From NCBI RefSeq assembly GCF_000020385.1, contig NC_010814.1:3600001-3632000 (forward strand): 32,000 nt of DNA, written 5' to 3'. Position 1 is the first letter of the stretch, and every line of letters begins with the position of its first letter. This stretch comes from Trichlorobacter lovleyi SZ (GTDB lineage: Bacteria > Desulfobacterota > Desulfuromonadia > Geobacterales > Pseudopelobacteraceae). Positions 31,986-32,000 of this stretch are shown here, one piece after another. Under the pieces are notes generated by a model. That model made no database searches. It saw only the letters and a program-made list of their open reading frames with translations, and had not been told where the DNA came from. Made by a program: the position numbers and the translations under genes.

Positions 31986-32000
31986 AGCTAGTCCTGTTAT

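Noticed and set aside
1-32000. Search for CRISPR arrays, tRNA/rRNA genes, IS elements, integrases or terminal inverted repeats flanking the low-GC segment.
   Set aside because: None seen. All intergenic gaps are 208 bp or shorter, and no ORF shows transposase or recombinase motifs. The HGT suggestion for 26.5-32 kb therefore rests on composition only.

Overview
Densely coding 32-kb window with 22 CDS. I saw no rRNA/tRNA genes, CRISPR array, transposase or integrase. The centre holds two tandem 275-aa flagellin genes (about 88% identical). Each has a sigma-28-like promoter. They are followed by a strong terminator hairpin, an unknown 214-aa ORF and flbT, the flagellin translational regulator. 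Nearly everything else encodes glycan-building or glycan-tailoring enzymes, in three operon-like blocks. (a) A plus-strand block (1-14300) has four CgeB-type glycosyltransferase (GT) domains fused to other GT, TPR and methyltransferase (MTase) modules. It includes a 1288-aa MTase-GT-MTase-B12/radical-SAM fusion, an FkbM-like MTase, an SDR epimerase/dehydratase, a GT-A and a GT1. (b) Two paralogous TPR + GT41 (OGT/SPINDLY-like, FlmG-like architecture) genes lie divergent from the flagellins (14315-18105, minus). (c) A minus-strand block (21215-31985) contains a 1435-aa protein with four GT2 domains plus TPRs and a stand-alone TPR protein. It also contains a visibly lower-GC cassette: a bifunctional GT, a TylM1-like MTase, a DegT-family aminotransferase, a cupin and a TylC3-like Zn-ribbon MTase. 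By eye I count about 16 GT domains and about 7 methyltransferase-type domains. I saw no flippase, polymerase, ABC exporter, priming phosphoglycosyltransferase or nonulosonic-acid genes. My reading is an unusually large, cytoplasmic, TPR-guided flagellin glycosylation and methylation island. All domain calls come from motifs read in the translations, with no database search. The host is possibly a Geobacter/Desulfuromonadales-like bacterium, which is a low-confidence guess from flagellin type and roughly 58% GC.
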